A stretch of DNA of 64,000 nt from a virus: positions 5,779-69,778 of IMG/VR virus record IMGVR_UViG_3300034101_003146; one strand, given 5' to 3'. The notes under the pieces are model-generated. The model was not told the origin of the DNA and made no database searches. It saw nothing but the letters and a program-made list of their open reading frames with translations. Of the stretch, positions 48,247 to 58,768 are shown piece by piece; within the stretch, counting starts at the first letter, position 1; each line of letters starts with the position of its first letter. The position numbers and the translations under genes are program-made.

Positions 48247-49043
48247 TAGTCTTTTAAAATTTGTTTTTTACCGTTATTGGTTTTCTCTTCTTCTATAGTA
48301 TCAAAAATATCTTCAATAACTTTAATAATTGGGTTACGTACAATATCTTCTTCATTTCTTAATTCTACGGTACCGAAATTTGGTTTATCTTTAAAACGTT
48401 CTATAACCACTTCTAATGAACTTTCTTTTCTATTACGAATATCTTTTTGTTTAACATCACCCAATATAATTAACTTGGAGTTTTCACCGATACGTGTCAT
48501 TAAAGTTCTCATGTTATCCAAACTAATGTTTTGTGCCTCATCAATGATAATAATAGATTTATCAATACTTCTACCACGAACATAAGCTATAGGTTTTATT
48601 TCTATATATTTAGCATCCCTTAATTTATGTGTTAAAACCTCACCTATAATTTTATTAAAGTTATCTAAAAATGAGTCCATAAATGGTTCCATCTTTTCTT
48701 CCATAGTACCCTTTAAATAACCAATCTCCTCATCCTTCAGAGTGGTAACTGATTTAACCAATATAATTTTATGGTAAGGTAATTCAGGGTTTTTTAATAA
48801 CTTTAAAGCCTCGGCACATGCAAGAAAAGTTTTACCAGTTCCAGGTAAACCTGAAGCTATTGTTATTTCATTATCTTTTATGGCTTGAACCAATTTTTTT
48901 TGGTTTTCAGTTTTTGGTTTAACGTCAACTTTAATGTTAGATAAAAATGTATTACCACCATCGTTTATTTGTTTTTGTTGATTAAAAGATTCGATATTGT
49001 CGATATCTTCTTGTGTTAATTTTTTATTTCGTCTTTTAGTCAT
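48246..49043 (-). CDS. phoH: PhoH-family ATPase
   Basis: GLPGTGKT, IGYLKG, YVRGRS, IIDEAQN, TRIG, GD..Q.D, DIVRNP; likely start MTKRR at 49043. Confidence 0.95.
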   Translation of the reverse strand: MTKRRNKKLTQEDIDNIESFNQQKQINDGGNTFLSNIKVDVKPKTENQKKLVQAIKDNEITIASGLPGTGKTFLACAEALKLLKNPELPYHKIILVKSVTTLKDEEIGYLKGTMEEKMEPFMDSFLDNFNKIIGEVLTHKLRDAKYIEIKPIAYVRGRSIDKSIIIIDEAQNISLDNMRTLMTRIGENSKLIILGDVKQKDIRNRKESSLEVVIERFKDKPNFGTVELRNEEDIVRNPIIKVIEDIFDTIEEEKTNNGKKQILKD

Positions 49044-49045
49044 AA

Positions 49046-49446
49046 TTACCAACTAATTTCCGAATCTTTAAATTCGGCTGCTAAACAATCAATTTTATAA
49101 TCTTTATGTCCACCTACAATTTCTTGTATTTTATTTTTTGTGGTATTTCTAATACCTTTTAACCCATGGGTTAACTCTAAATTATTACCGTATTTAATAC
49201 CTTTACGATAGTTAGATTCATTATGTCATATATAGGGATTTATTTGGAATAAAATCACTACAGCTCTTATTGTTTCAGTGTTTATATTATTTTTATTTTC
49301 ATCTAAAAATAATTGTATATCATGTGTAATAATTTTTATTTCTTTTGAATATTCTAATTTATGTTCAAGAATAAAAACTTCTTTTAATTGTACAATTGAT
49401 AATCTATCAATTCCGACATTGTGGGTAAATACTTTCTGTCTTTCAT
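49046..49446 (-). pseudogene. Disrupted ~130-aa ORF (frameshift near 49405, in-frame TGA at 49228-49226)
   Basis: MKDRKYLPTMSEL then frame change to DRLSIVQLKEVF...YI*HNESNYRKG...DYKIDCLAAEFKDSEISW-stop; exactly fills the gap between two genes. Confidence 0.7.
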
Positions 49447-50387
49447 TTTAATACATTATAGTAGGGATTATTTAATTTTAATAATGGTATTACTTTAATA
49501 ATTTCTTTAATACCTGTTGTTATATCTACTTTGGTTTCAAAACCTAATGATTTTATTTTATCGTAACTAACTTTATAATTTCTTTTATCCGCATCTTCAC
49601 CAACGTCAGCGTAATTAAAATAAACTGATGGTATCTCTTTTTTGATTAATTCACAGATTTCTTTTTTTGAATAATTCATTGAATCCGATCCCACATTGTA
49701 AACATTGTTTTTCATTTTATCATTATTTTTTATAGCAAATAAAAAAACACTTGCTATGTCTTTAACGTGAATAAATGTTCTTAAAAAATGTGATTCATAA
49801 ATAACACCATAACCTTCTTTAATTGATTTATATGTCAAATCGTTTACTAACAAATCTAATCTTAGTCTTGGAGAAACCCCAAAAGCTGTTGCAAATCTAA
49901 AAGCTGTACTATTTTTTCTATCCAAAACCAATTTTTCAGCATCTGTTTTAGTTCTACCATATATAGACAATGGGTTTAAGGGTGTTTCTTCTGTACAAAT
50001 ACCTTTAACTTCACCGTAATTAGATCCAGTAGAACCAAATAATAAATACTGATTTTCATTCATAGAATCAATAACGTTTTTTGTACCAATAACATTAACA
50101 TCGTAAGATTCTTTTTCCCCCTTTTCTCTACATATTGGAAATCCGACTAAAGCGGCTAAATGGATTACTATATCATGATTTTTTATGTGTTTACTTAAAT
50201 TCTCTTTATCTCTAATATCACCTTCAATAAAAGTGAAATTTTCATTAGTTATGTACGGTAACAGTTTATCACCGTTATTAAATAATAATGAATCATAAAC
50301 TGTTACTTGTAGTTTGTTTTCTAACAATAATGGTATTAAAGTGGTACCTATATACCCAGCACCTCCGGTAATAAATATTTTTTTCAT
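49443..50387 (-). CDS. NAD-dependent epimerase/dehydratase (SDR)
   Basis: TGGAGYIG, HLAA, YGRTK. Confidence 0.92.
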   Translation of the reverse strand: MKKIFITGGAGYIGTTLIPLLLENKLQVTVYDSLLFNNGDKLLPYITNENFTFIEGDIRDKENLSKHIKNHDIVIHLAALVGFPICREKGEKESYDVNVIGTKNVIDSMNENQYLLFGSTGSNYGEVKGICTEETPLNPLSIYGRTKTDAEKLVLDRKNSTAFRFATAFGVSPRLRLDLLVNDLTYKSIKEGYGVIYESHFLRTFIHVKDIASVFLFAIKNNDKMKNNVYNVGSDSMNYSKKEICELIKKEIPSVYFNYADVGEDADKRNYKVSYDKIKSLGFETKVDITTGIKEIIKVIPLLKLNNPYYNVLK

Positions 50388-50953
50388 TTAATCATATAAT
50401 TTATATTGTTGTTATTAAGCCAATTTTGTAATTGTTCTGTATTTCTGTTTCTAATAAATTTTAATGGTGATCCGACATATAATGACCAACCTTTTAAAAC
50501 ATCTTTATGTTTTATTAAACTATGTGCACCACAAGATAGTCCGTTAGGTATGTTAACTGATGGTAGTATACAAGAATGTGCACCTATAGTAACAAAATCA
50601 CCTAATATTACGTCACCTACTTCACCACCAAATTGTAATTCTTTAGGCACAGACGGCAAATCTAAAGAAACTATTGTATAATCACTAGAAGCACAATGTA
50701 TTGAACAATGATTTGAAATTGTTGAATAGTCACCCATTTTAAATTTACCGGATCCACCAGATATAGAAACATGTGAGGCTATATGACAATTTTTACCTAT
50801 CTCTATTGCACAAGAAATGTAAGCAAAATCGTCTATTATTGTGTTATCACCTATAATAGATTCTTCTGGTTTTCTAATCCTTACTGTTTTACCTATGATT
50901 ACATTTTCACCACAGTACTTTAACTTTTTTTTATCAAAAAATATGTTATCCAT
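50384..50953 (-). CDS. Hexapeptide-repeat (LbH) acyltransferase
   Basis: IGDNTII, IGKNCHI, LGDFVTIGAHSCILP, VGSP. Confidence 0.9.
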   Translation of the reverse strand: MDNIFFDKKKLKYCGENVIIGKTVRIRKPEESIIGDNTIIDDFAYISCAIEIGKNCHIASHVSISGGSGKFKMGDYSTISNHCSIHCASSDYTIVSLDLPSVPKELQFGGEVGDVILGDFVTIGAHSCILPSVNIPNGLSCGAHSLIKHKDVLKGWSLYVGSPLKFIRNRNTEQLQNWLNNNNINYMIK

Positions 50954-52094
50954 TTATAATATCAGATATCTTATCTATGTCGTTATAATTTAAATCTTGG
51001 TGATTTGGTAAATAGAACCCTAATTTGTCTATTAAATTAGCGTTAGGGAGTTCTACCTTACCGTATTTTTCATACCACATAGGTTTATTTCCCATATTAC
51101 CAGCTATTAATGGTCTAACTTCTATATTGTTGTTTAATAATTTTTTTACAACATCATTCCTATTTTCACATACAACAGGCATAGCAAAATTTGATATGAA
51201 ACAGTTATTGTCTATACGTAATTTAAGTTTAGTATTATGTATACTGTTGTTATATAAAAAGAAGTTTTCATTTCTCTTTTCAACATACTCATCCAACCTA
51301 TCTATAACCCTTAAACCAATAAAGGCTTGTAAGTCTGTGGCTCTCATATTAAACCCTGGTATGTAAAAATTATATAAAGCGTCGAATTCACTACAATTAT
51401 ATTTTTTTCTATATTCCTCCTGTTTCCAAGATGGTATATCCCTATCCCATCCATGACTTCTCATCATTAATAAAGTGTAATAAAATTCCTCATCATTGGT
51501 GTTGATAAACCCACCTTCTATTGTACTTAAATGGTGTCCGAAATAGAGTGAAAAAAAAGAAGCGAAACCGAAAGAGCCTAAATATTTGTCATCAAATTTA
51601 GATCCCATACTTTCACAAACATCTTCTAATAATATAACATCGTATTTTTGACATAATTCCACAACTTTATCCATTTTAGGTACAAACCCTAATGGTGAAA
51701 CTAAAATTAATGTGGATGGTGATTCTTTTATGAATATATCTTCTAGTTGTGTTAAATCACAAGATAAATCTTCTAGATTACAATCACACATTATTGGGTC
51801 TAGACCTAAAATCATAGGACTACTAACATCAGTGGCCCAACTTAAAGCTGGCACTACTATTTTATTGTTTTTAAGTCTGTTTGAATATTTTAATGCGGCT
51901 AATGTTAGTAATATTGCCGAAGATCCAGAATTTACGTAAACAGAGTATTTAGTACCCATTTTTTTAGACCACTTTAACTCTAATTCTTTAGTTAAAACAT
52001 CTTTAGTTAGTCTGGGTATTTTATCTTGTGATAACCATTCTATTAATGAATTAATATCATCTTTATTTATTGTATCGCTAACTAATTTTACCAT
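50946..52094 (-). CDS. PLP-dependent DegT-family 3-dehydratase (ColD-like)
   Basis: VNSGSSA, EDVCES, SLYFGHHLSTIEGG (His at the usual Lys position; no Fe-S Cys cluster seen). Confidence 0.8.
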   Translation of the reverse strand: MVKLVSDTINKDDINSLIEWLSQDKIPRLTKDVLTKELELKWSKKMGTKYSVYVNSGSSAILLTLAALKYSNRLKNNKIVVPALSWATDVSSPMILGLDPIMCDCNLEDLSCDLTQLEDIFIKESPSTLILVSPLGFVPKMDKVVELCQKYDVILLEDVCESMGSKFDDKYLGSFGFASFFSLYFGHHLSTIEGGFINTNDEEFYYTLLMMRSHGWDRDIPSWKQEEYRKKYNCSEFDALYNFYIPGFNMRATDLQAFIGLRVIDRLDEYVEKRNENFFLYNNSIHNTKLKLRIDNNCFISNFAMPVVCENRNDVVKKLLNNNIEVRPLIAGNMGNKPMWYEKYGKVELPNANLIDKLGFYLPNHQDLNYNDIDKISDIING

Positions 52095-52136
52095 ATAAAA
52101 AAAATTAAATCATATAATCGTTATTGTAAATAATAT

Positions 52137-53162
52137 TTATTTGTTTTGGTATAATATTTTATGCCATTCTATTGTTTTCTTTAAACCGTTTTCTATTGAT
52201 TCGAAATCAAAAAAACCAAATTCTTCTTTATATCTTTTTAAATCTATTTTAACAGATTTTGGGCTACCAGTTAAAGTGTGTTCAGTGTTTGGTTTAATAA
52301 CTTCCACATTCATTAAACTAGCTATTTTTTTAGCTATATTAAAAATACTTTTTGGTTGTATACCACCAACGTTATAAACATTTTGTTTACCTTCAAATAA
52401 TATCTTCCAAAACATTATAATAGCATCCGCAACGTATATGTATGTTCTTATAGAACTACCATTATCTAATAGTTTTATTTCTTTATCTAATATAGACTTT
52501 TCAATAAAATTAGTTAGTACCCTTTTATCATTTATTTTAGTTCCTGGTCCATATGCTAAAGATAATCTAACTGATTTGGCATTAACACCAGATTTTCTAT
52601 ATATGTTACAAATTGTCTCACCACATTTTTTACCTTCAATATAACAAGCTCTATTATGTTCTGGTGTTGTTCTACCTACAACACTTTCTGTTTGGTTATT
52701 ATCTATTCCGGAATAAACCTCACTACTACTAACGAATAAGAATTTACCGTTTGTGTTTAATTTTTTGAATAAAAAAAGTGTGGACGATGTATTTAATTCT
52801 ATTGTTTTTAATTCATTTTCTAAGAATCTATTTGGTTGTCCGTAACCAGCGGAATGAATTATATAATCATAAGTACCTAATTTACTCTCTAAAGATTTGA
52901 TATCGGTAATATCTTCATTAATACACTCAATTTTATCAAAATCTATAAAACACTTAAATAAATCATCTATTTTCGATTTATATATTATTGTTATTTTAAT
53001 ATTATATTCTATAAAAATATCTTTTAATGATAGTAATAAATAAAGACCTATTAACCCAGTTGCTCCAGTAATAAGAATTGATTTATTTTTCATTTCAGAA
53101 AAATCAACGTGTTGATGTATTTTTTTAACATCCTCATCTAGAAAATAAAATTTATTTCTCAT
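52137..53162 (-). CDS. NAD-dependent epimerase/decarboxylase (SDR)
   Basis: TGATGLIG, SSSEVY, YIEGK. Confidence 0.88.
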   Translation of the reverse strand: MRNKFYFLDEDVKKIHQHVDFSEMKNKSILITGATGLIGLYLLLSLKDIFIEYNIKITIIYKSKIDDLFKCFIDFDKIECINEDITDIKSLESKLGTYDYIIHSAGYGQPNRFLENELKTIELNTSSTLFLFKKLNTNGKFLFVSSSEVYSGIDNNQTESVVGRTTPEHNRACYIEGKKCGETICNIYRKSGVNAKSVRLSLAYGPGTKINDKRVLTNFIEKSILDKEIKLLDNGSSIRTYIYVADAIIMFWKILFEGKQNVYNVGGIQPKSIFNIAKKIASLMNVEVIKPNTEHTLTGSPKSVKIDLKRYKEEFGFFDFESIENGLKKTIEWHKILYQNK

Positions 53163-53691
53163 TATAATAATCCCCCCATTCTACTAAAATAGTTGATTTA
53201 CCATCTGTCCTTTCATAAGCGTATTTATACGATTCAAAAATCTGTTCAGGTTCATCAAGTCTGATAATATCTACAGTATCACACATAGCTTTAAATCCTG
53301 CCGTAAAATCTGATATGTGTTGATGTTGTGGATGTAAAGGTCTTTGTGACCCAATAGACGTTCTAATAATAACTTTAGGTGTATAGCCACCACTTGACAT
53401 TATTTTAATCTTATCCAAATGATTAACAATTTGGTTTGCCCCTAGAATTAAAAAATTCCATCTAGGAAATATGGACACTGGTACTGTACCATTTAAAGCC
53501 ATACCAAGTGACATTCCTACCTGCATGTCTTCGTTGACAGGCATTTCTAACTTTTTGGATGTGTCAACATCTTTAATTGTTGTCGTCATAGATGTACCGT
53601 CATATTCTACAGCTTGACCTAAAAATAATGTGTCTGGTTTGGTGTTCAACCAATCCATAGATTTTTTCAATTCATCAAAATATTTTTTCAT
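53152..53691 (-). CDS. TPP-dependent enzyme, E1-beta/transketolase pyrimidine-binding domain
   Basis: EMPVNE..Q.G...GMAL.G..PV, QIVN, QH. Confidence 0.85.
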   Translation of the reverse strand: MKKYFDELKKSMDWLNTKPDTLFLGQAVEYDGTSMTTTIKDVDTSKKLEMPVNEDMQVGMSLGMALNGTVPVSIFPRWNFLILGANQIVNHLDKIKIMSSGGYTPKVIIRTSIGSQRPLHPQHQHISDFTAGFKAMCDTVDIIRLDEPEQIFESYKYAYERTDGKSTILVEWGDYYNEK

Positions 53692-53692
53692 A

Positions 53693-54298
53693 TTAAAACT
53701 GTATTCTTTTTCCTGCTCCAGCGTGTGGGTATTTAGATTCGTATTTATAGTACATTATTTTTCTGTTTTCTTTAGCAAAATATAACTCATCGTTAGACCA
53801 AGTTTTTCTTGTATCAGTACAAACGGATTTATTATTATCTTCAATAACATATGTTATAGGTAAATCATTATTAACAGAATACTTCCAATTTTCAAAAAAT
53901 GTACCAGTCTCAGAGGTCATATCACCAACGAAACACCAAACTTTGTTTTTACCATTTTTACGTTTAATATCCAAAGCCACACCTGTGGCTATTGGTATAT
54001 TACCAGTAACAATAGCTGAAGAATATATATTATGACTAGGGTAACATAATGTTATAGATTTACCTTTTATGATATCTTCCTTAAGTATTTCAGGTGGTAC
54101 ACCTTTTAATAAACATTGGTAGTGTGATCTCCAAGAACAAAAAACCCAATCTTCATCAGATATATTTTCAAATATATCAATCATTTGTTTTTCATTACCA
54201 CTGTATAAGTGTACAGGGGCTTTTATTTTACCCGCGTTAAAAGTTTCGGCAATATCTTCTTCAAAATTAATTAATTCTTTTTCTGTGTATTTTCTCAT
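53693..54298 (-). CDS. TPP-dependent enzyme, E1-alpha-like subunit
   Basis: HLYSGNE, WRSH, GD...(x)n...EDNN TPP motif. Confidence 0.88.
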   Translation of the reverse strand: MRKYTEKELINFEEDIAETFNAGKIKAPVHLYSGNEKQMIDIFENISDEDWVFCSWRSHYQCLLKGVPPEILKEDIIKGKSITLCYPSHNIYSSAIVTGNIPIATGVALDIKRKNGKNKVWCFVGDMTSETGTFFENWKYSVNNDLPITYVIEDNNKSVCTDTRKTWSNDELYFAKENRKIMYYKYESKYPHAGAGKRIQF

Positions 54299-55092
54299 AT
54301 TTCATCAAAATAATAAACATTTTCAAATTGTAACCCATTTATGTAAATTGTGGCGTTTGATACACCTGAAACACCACATAAAAGACTATTACATTTTGAC
54401 ATGTTTAATGCATCTATCAAAACTTCTTGACACTGTTGTGTTCTATGTAATGGTCTTGTATCAGTTTTAAAAACCGGTGATTCATTTGGTCCTACCCTAA
54501 AACAATCTTGGTAGATTAACTTGTCACCTAATTCATTTTTAAAAAAATCTAAAATCTCGTACTCTTCTGTAGCTAAATAAATTTTTTCAAAATTACCTTC
54601 GTTAAATATTTTTAATGTTTTATCTAAAAAAACTTGATTAGTGTAATTTAAACCTATGTTTGGGTGATCTCTTACCATATCACTTCTTCTACAGTGAACA
54701 GCTAATGTTTTAAATTTTTCTACCTCTTGATTTAACTTATTTAATATTTCTGGTTTAACTTTAACGTATTTTTGGTATAAAGAATTAAGTCTCAAACTTA
54801 ATTCTTTATTTCTGTAGTTTTTTCCCTGTGCTGGATACCATCCTAAAAACAATCCGTTAGACATTTGATGGTTATTTTTATAAACATCATGTATAATTAC
54901 ATCTTGATTAAAGCAATATTCCCATTCATTATTGATGGGATTATGATGGTCTCTAATATTTGATGATTTAGTGAAGTCTACATAAGGTATTAAACCTAAA
55001 CTATCAGCTTCATGTAAATGCATTAAAACATGGTTAAATTTAGCAAAAAAACCATCACCATCATGTATTTTATGTATTATATAATAACTCAT
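54295..55092 (-). CDS. NodZ-like/O-fucosyltransferase-like glycosyltransferase
   Basis: GFFA, AVHCRRSD, IYLATE, SGVS. Confidence 0.7.
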   Translation of the reverse strand: MSYYIIHKIHDGDGFFAKFNHVLMHLHEADSLGLIPYVDFTKSSNIRDHHNPINNEWEYCFNQDVIIHDVYKNNHQMSNGLFLGWYPAQGKNYRNKELSLRLNSLYQKYVKVKPEILNKLNQEVEKFKTLAVHCRRSDMVRDHPNIGLNYTNQVFLDKTLKIFNEGNFEKIYLATEEYEILDFFKNELGDKLIYQDCFRVGPNESPVFKTDTRPLHRTQQCQEVLIDALNMSKCNSLLCGVSGVSNATIYINGLQFENVYYFDEI

Positions 55093-56012
55093 TAAATTCT
55101 GTTTTTGTAATAATTTATTGTATTTTTTATACCCTCTCTAATATCAGTAAATTTGAAGTTTGGGAAATGCTCTTTAAATAGTGTTCCGTCTAAAATTTTT
55201 ATAGGATCACCATCTATTTTAGATAAATCATTTACGATTTGGATGTTTTCATTTATTTCAGATTTTACAATTTCAGCTATTTCATTTATTGTATGACCTT
55301 CACCTCTACCCATATTTATGGGGTTTGGTAATTCTTTTATCTCATTATCTATAATATATTTAATAAAATTAGCGGTATCTGGCATATAACCCCACTCCCT
55401 TATCGGTGTGCCACTGCCCCAAACAGTAAATTCATTGTTGTTTGTTTTTACCATTTTTAACATTCTTATAATAATACCATTTAGTGCATGTACTTTATTT
55501 TCGTCATCATAATCATATTCACCATAAGAATTTGGCATAATAATATTTATGGTTTTAATGCCGTATTGTTTCTCATAACACTTATTAATCATGTAAATAG
55601 TTTTTTTAGCCGTACCGTATGAGATAATACTAGGGTGTACCATACCGTCCCACCATTCATCTTCTTTTTGTGTGTCAGCTTTACCGGGATAGGTACAATT
55701 CGATATTGGGTTTATAACAATACCTTTATATTCAATATCTTTCAGTATATCCCAAAGATTTATACCTAACATAATATTATATGATATAACATCAGCTGTA
55801 TGAGCGTTAACATACTCCAAACTGCCAACATAAGCTGAACAATTTATAACATAGTCTGGATTAGTTTTAACTAAAAAATCTTTTATTTTATTTTTTTCCA
55901 TTAAGTCATACCCATTTCGTCTAGAAATGGTATGTACTTCATGATCTTTTAACGCATTTTGTAAATTTTTACCTAAAAAACCAAAACCACCTATTAATAC
56001 TATTTTTTTCAT
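55092..56012 (-). CDS. GDP-L-fucose synthase-like epimerase/reductase (Fcl/ColC)
   Basis: GG.GFLG, SNCTYP, YGTAK, PNSYG..D, H, VWGSGTPIRE. Confidence 0.88.
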   Translation of the reverse strand: MKKIVLIGGFGFLGKNLQNALKDHEVHTISRRNGYDLMEKNKIKDFLVKTNPDYVINCSAYVGSLEYVNAHTADVISYNIMLGINLWDILKDIEYKGIVINPISNCTYPGKADTQKEDEWWDGMVHPSIISYGTAKKTIYMINKCYEKQYGIKTINIIMPNSYGEYDYDDENKVHALNGIIIRMLKMVKTNNNEFTVWGSGTPIREWGYMPDTANFIKYIIDNEIKELPNPINMGRGEGHTINEIAEIVKSEINENIQIVNDLSKIDGDPIKILDGTLFKEHFPNFKFTDIREGIKNTINYYKNRI

Positions 56013-56833
56013 TTAAAATAATTTATTTTTTTAAAATTGTTGTTATTAAATACTTCTATAAAAATTGAAACTCCCGAGAATTCTGTACCTAAGAACCCTT
56101 CACATTTTGAGGCAAATATAATATCTGACATTATATCTAACAGTATCACTTTTCCGTCTTTAGTGTATAAAGACTCTAAGGATGATGTGTGATCAATTAT
56201 ATCGTGGCCTATTCTTACAGTTTCTTGGGTAAATAAAATATCTTCACTAAATTTAGTCTTTAAAAATTTATGAATATTATCATCTTCGGTACATAAAAAT
56301 ATTTTTTCATACTGACCTTCTTCGAATTCTTTTTTAATATTATTATAATAATAACTTAAATCATTTATGTCCCAACTGATAAGGTGTCTAAAGTAGGTTT
56401 CACTTAAAACGTCACTACGTCTTATATGTACGGCTAGTGTTTTATTATTACCTTTTTTTGTGTTTAAATTTTCTATTCTATTAATTAAATCATTACTTAA
56501 AGAAAACACACACCAAAATTTTTCATTAAATTCATTTATTAAATCTGGTCTAGTGTGAGGTCTTACATTAAAAAAATTTTTAACATTATTTTGGTTTACA
56601 GGCCAATTATTGCCGTATGTGATAACATCATCAAACTCACCCTCCTTTTGTGTGAAAATATAGTCTAAACTATTTTTATCACTTTCATCATATCTTGTAT
56701 TACTCCAATGTATACTTACATGATTTTCATCGTTAGTACGGTAAATAAACTCACAAACACTAGAAAACATACAAGAAAACCCACATCTCTTAGAGTGTCC
56801 AGTTAATTTAATTAACGTATTTTTTTTTACCAT
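56009..56833 (-). CDS. NodZ-like/O-fucosyltransferase-like glycosyltransferase
   Basis: GFSC, AVHIRRSD, IFLCTED, SGVS. Confidence 0.7.
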   Translation of the reverse strand: MVKKNTLIKLTGHSKRCGFSCMFSSVCEFIYRTNDENHVSIHWSNTRYDESDKNSLDYIFTQKEGEFDDVITYGNNWPVNQNNVKNFFNVRPHTRPDLINEFNEKFWCVFSLSNDLINRIENLNTKKGNNKTLAVHIRRSDVLSETYFRHLISWDINDLSYYYNNIKKEFEEGQYEKIFLCTEDDNIHKFLKTKFSEDILFTQETVRIGHDIIDHTSSLESLYTKDGKVILLDIMSDIIFASKCEGFLGTEFSGVSIFIEVFNNNNFKKINYFK

Positions 56834-57930
56834 CCTTCTTTTATTTTTTCTATAATATACTTAATATTCTCTTTTTGTAAAGAGTCGTTTATTGGTAGAT
56901 GTATTTGATTATTATCGAAATACCTTTGATTTAACAATGACATATCCTTACCACCAAAAACACTATTTTTATCAATACCCACATGTACAACTGAGACTGG
57001 TATATTATTATCTTTCATTTTTTTAACAAAGGCATCTCTATTTTCTACTAAAATAGGGTATAACCAATATGATGATTCTCTATCAGATTTATAATCCATT
57101 AATGTTATACCATTAACATTAGATAACTCTTTATTATAATAAGAAGCTATATTTTGAATTTTACTCAATCTATCTTCTATAACTTGTAAATTACCTAATC
57201 CTAAACTAGCCGATAAATCGTTCATGTGGTACTTATAACCAACATTTACTGCGTCATATTCTCTTTCACCTAACACACCTGTTTTAGAATTTTCACGATC
57301 TATATCGAACCATCTAAGTCTTTTAACTGTTACTACATCTTCACTATTTAAACAACATAAAGCACCACCATCACCAGTAGTTAGGTGTTTAATTGCTTGA
57401 AAAGAAAATGATGTAAATCTAGATATAGAACCTATGAGTTTATTTTTATATTTTGAACCGAAAGCGTGTGCCGCGTCTTCTATTACGGATAAACCATATT
57501 CTTCAGCAATTTTACCAATTCCATCCATATCACAAGGATACCCACCCCAATGAACAGGAATGATGGCCTTAGTTTTTGGTGTTATTTTTTCTTTTATCGA
57601 TTCTACCGATATATTACCATCAAATTTATTTATATCAGCAAAAACTGGTGTGGCTCCAACGTATAATACAGCTAAACCTGTAGCGATAAAAGTTTGAGCC
57701 GGTAATATTACTTCATCACCTGGTTTTACACCTGAGGCTAACAAAGCTAAATGCATAGTAACGGTACCACTATTTAACGTAACAGGATTAACTAATCCAT
57801 ATTCCGATAATTTTTTTTCAAACTCATCAGCCTTTTTACCTGCTGAAATCATACCAGAATTTAATGTTTCGTTTACAATATCTATAGCTTTTTTAGTTAT
57901 TGTAGTATTGTAAAAATTTATATTTTCCAT
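56827..57930 (-). CDS. DegT/DnrJ-family sugar aminotransferase
   Basis: NSGT, IEDAAHA, SFQAIKHLTTGDGG (catalytic Lys). Confidence 0.92.
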   Translation of the reverse strand: MENINFYNTTITKKAIDIVNETLNSGMISAGKKADEFEKKLSEYGLVNPVTLNSGTVTMHLALLASGVKPGDEVILPAQTFIATGLAVLYVGATPVFADINKFDGNISVESIKEKITPKTKAIIPVHWGGYPCDMDGIGKIAEEYGLSVIEDAAHAFGSKYKNKLIGSISRFTSFSFQAIKHLTTGDGGALCCLNSEDVVTVKRLRWFDIDRENSKTGVLGEREYDAVNVGYKYHMNDLSASLGLGNLQVIEDRLSKIQNIASYYNKELSNVNGITLMDYKSDRESSYWLYPILVENRDAFVKKMKDNNIPVSVVHVGIDKNSVFGGKDMSLLNQRYFDNNQIHLPINDSLQKENIKYIIEKIKEGW

Positions 57931-57931
57931 A

Positions 57932-58768
57932 TTATATTCTAATCCATTCTTTAGGGAAAGTGTCGGTTAAATCGAAATGTTTATAACCAGGCCCAAACCA
58001 TTCTTTTTCTGTTACTATTATTTTTTTATTTTGTTTCTGATTCATATACGCTGCCCACCAACTAAACGTTGAGTTACTTACAACATTTATGTCACACATA
58101 CTCATTAGTGTAAAATCTAAAACATTATTATTGTTATTATCTATTATATAAATATTTTTTTTAAAACCTAAATTATTTAAATAGTAGGTAACACATATTG
58201 GTACATTATCAGTAAAAATCAGTATATTATAATCATCTTCGTTATAATCTATAATTTTTAAAGCCTCTTTATAAAAATCTAAAGAAAGATTTTTGTGGAA
58301 AAATTGCATATGTTGTGTAACTCTATCACCACCTAGTCTAAAATGTAATGAAATAGTTTTTTTATGAAAAATATTATCATATTTTTCTTTTAAAAAAGAA
58401 ATATTATCACTTTTTAAGATAAATTCTTTACTTATATCAACATCATTAAAATACTTATAGGATTGGAAATAACCGAAATAACAAGTATTATCAGATACAT
58501 TTATAGGTGTATAATTATAACTTTTTAAATGAACATCAGTATGACCATAATGTGTTAAAGTATTAACTAAATTATCATCATACTGAAAGATATTCTCAAA
58601 TAAATCTTCGAATTCTAATTTATTTGACTGTCCAAACTGTTCTATACCCACCCTACTTACCGTGGTTGGTATTTTTAAATCAAACCCATATTTTTTATGG
58701 ATATTATATACCGTTGCTAATTGAAATAGATTGTTACCTAAACCACCAAAAAAACTACAAGAAATCAT
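57932..58768 (-). CDS. Alpha-1,2-fucosyltransferase (GT11)
   Basis: GGLGNNLFQ, GYFQS, HFR.GD, SNSTFSWWAAY. Confidence 0.9.
   Translation of the reverse strand: MISCSFFGGLGNNLFQLATVYNIHKKYGFDLKIPTTVSRVGIEQFGQSNKLEFEDLFENIFQYDDNLVNTLTHYGHTDVHLKSYNYTPINVSDNTCYFGYFQSYKYFNDVDISKEFILKSDNISFLKEKYDNIFHKKTISLHFRLGGDRVTQHMQFFHKNLSLDFYKEALKIIDYNEDDYNILIFTDNVPICVTYYLNNLGFKKNIYIIDNNNNNVLDFTLMSMCDINVVSNSTFSWWAAYMNQKQNKKIIVTEKEWFGPGYKHFDLTDTFPKEWIRI

Noticed and set aside
49226-49228. TGA read as Trp (alternative genetic code)
   Set aside because: TGA terminates other genes with coupled starts (e.g. 1437, 49443), long ORFs are intact in the standard code, and the same ORF also has a frameshift
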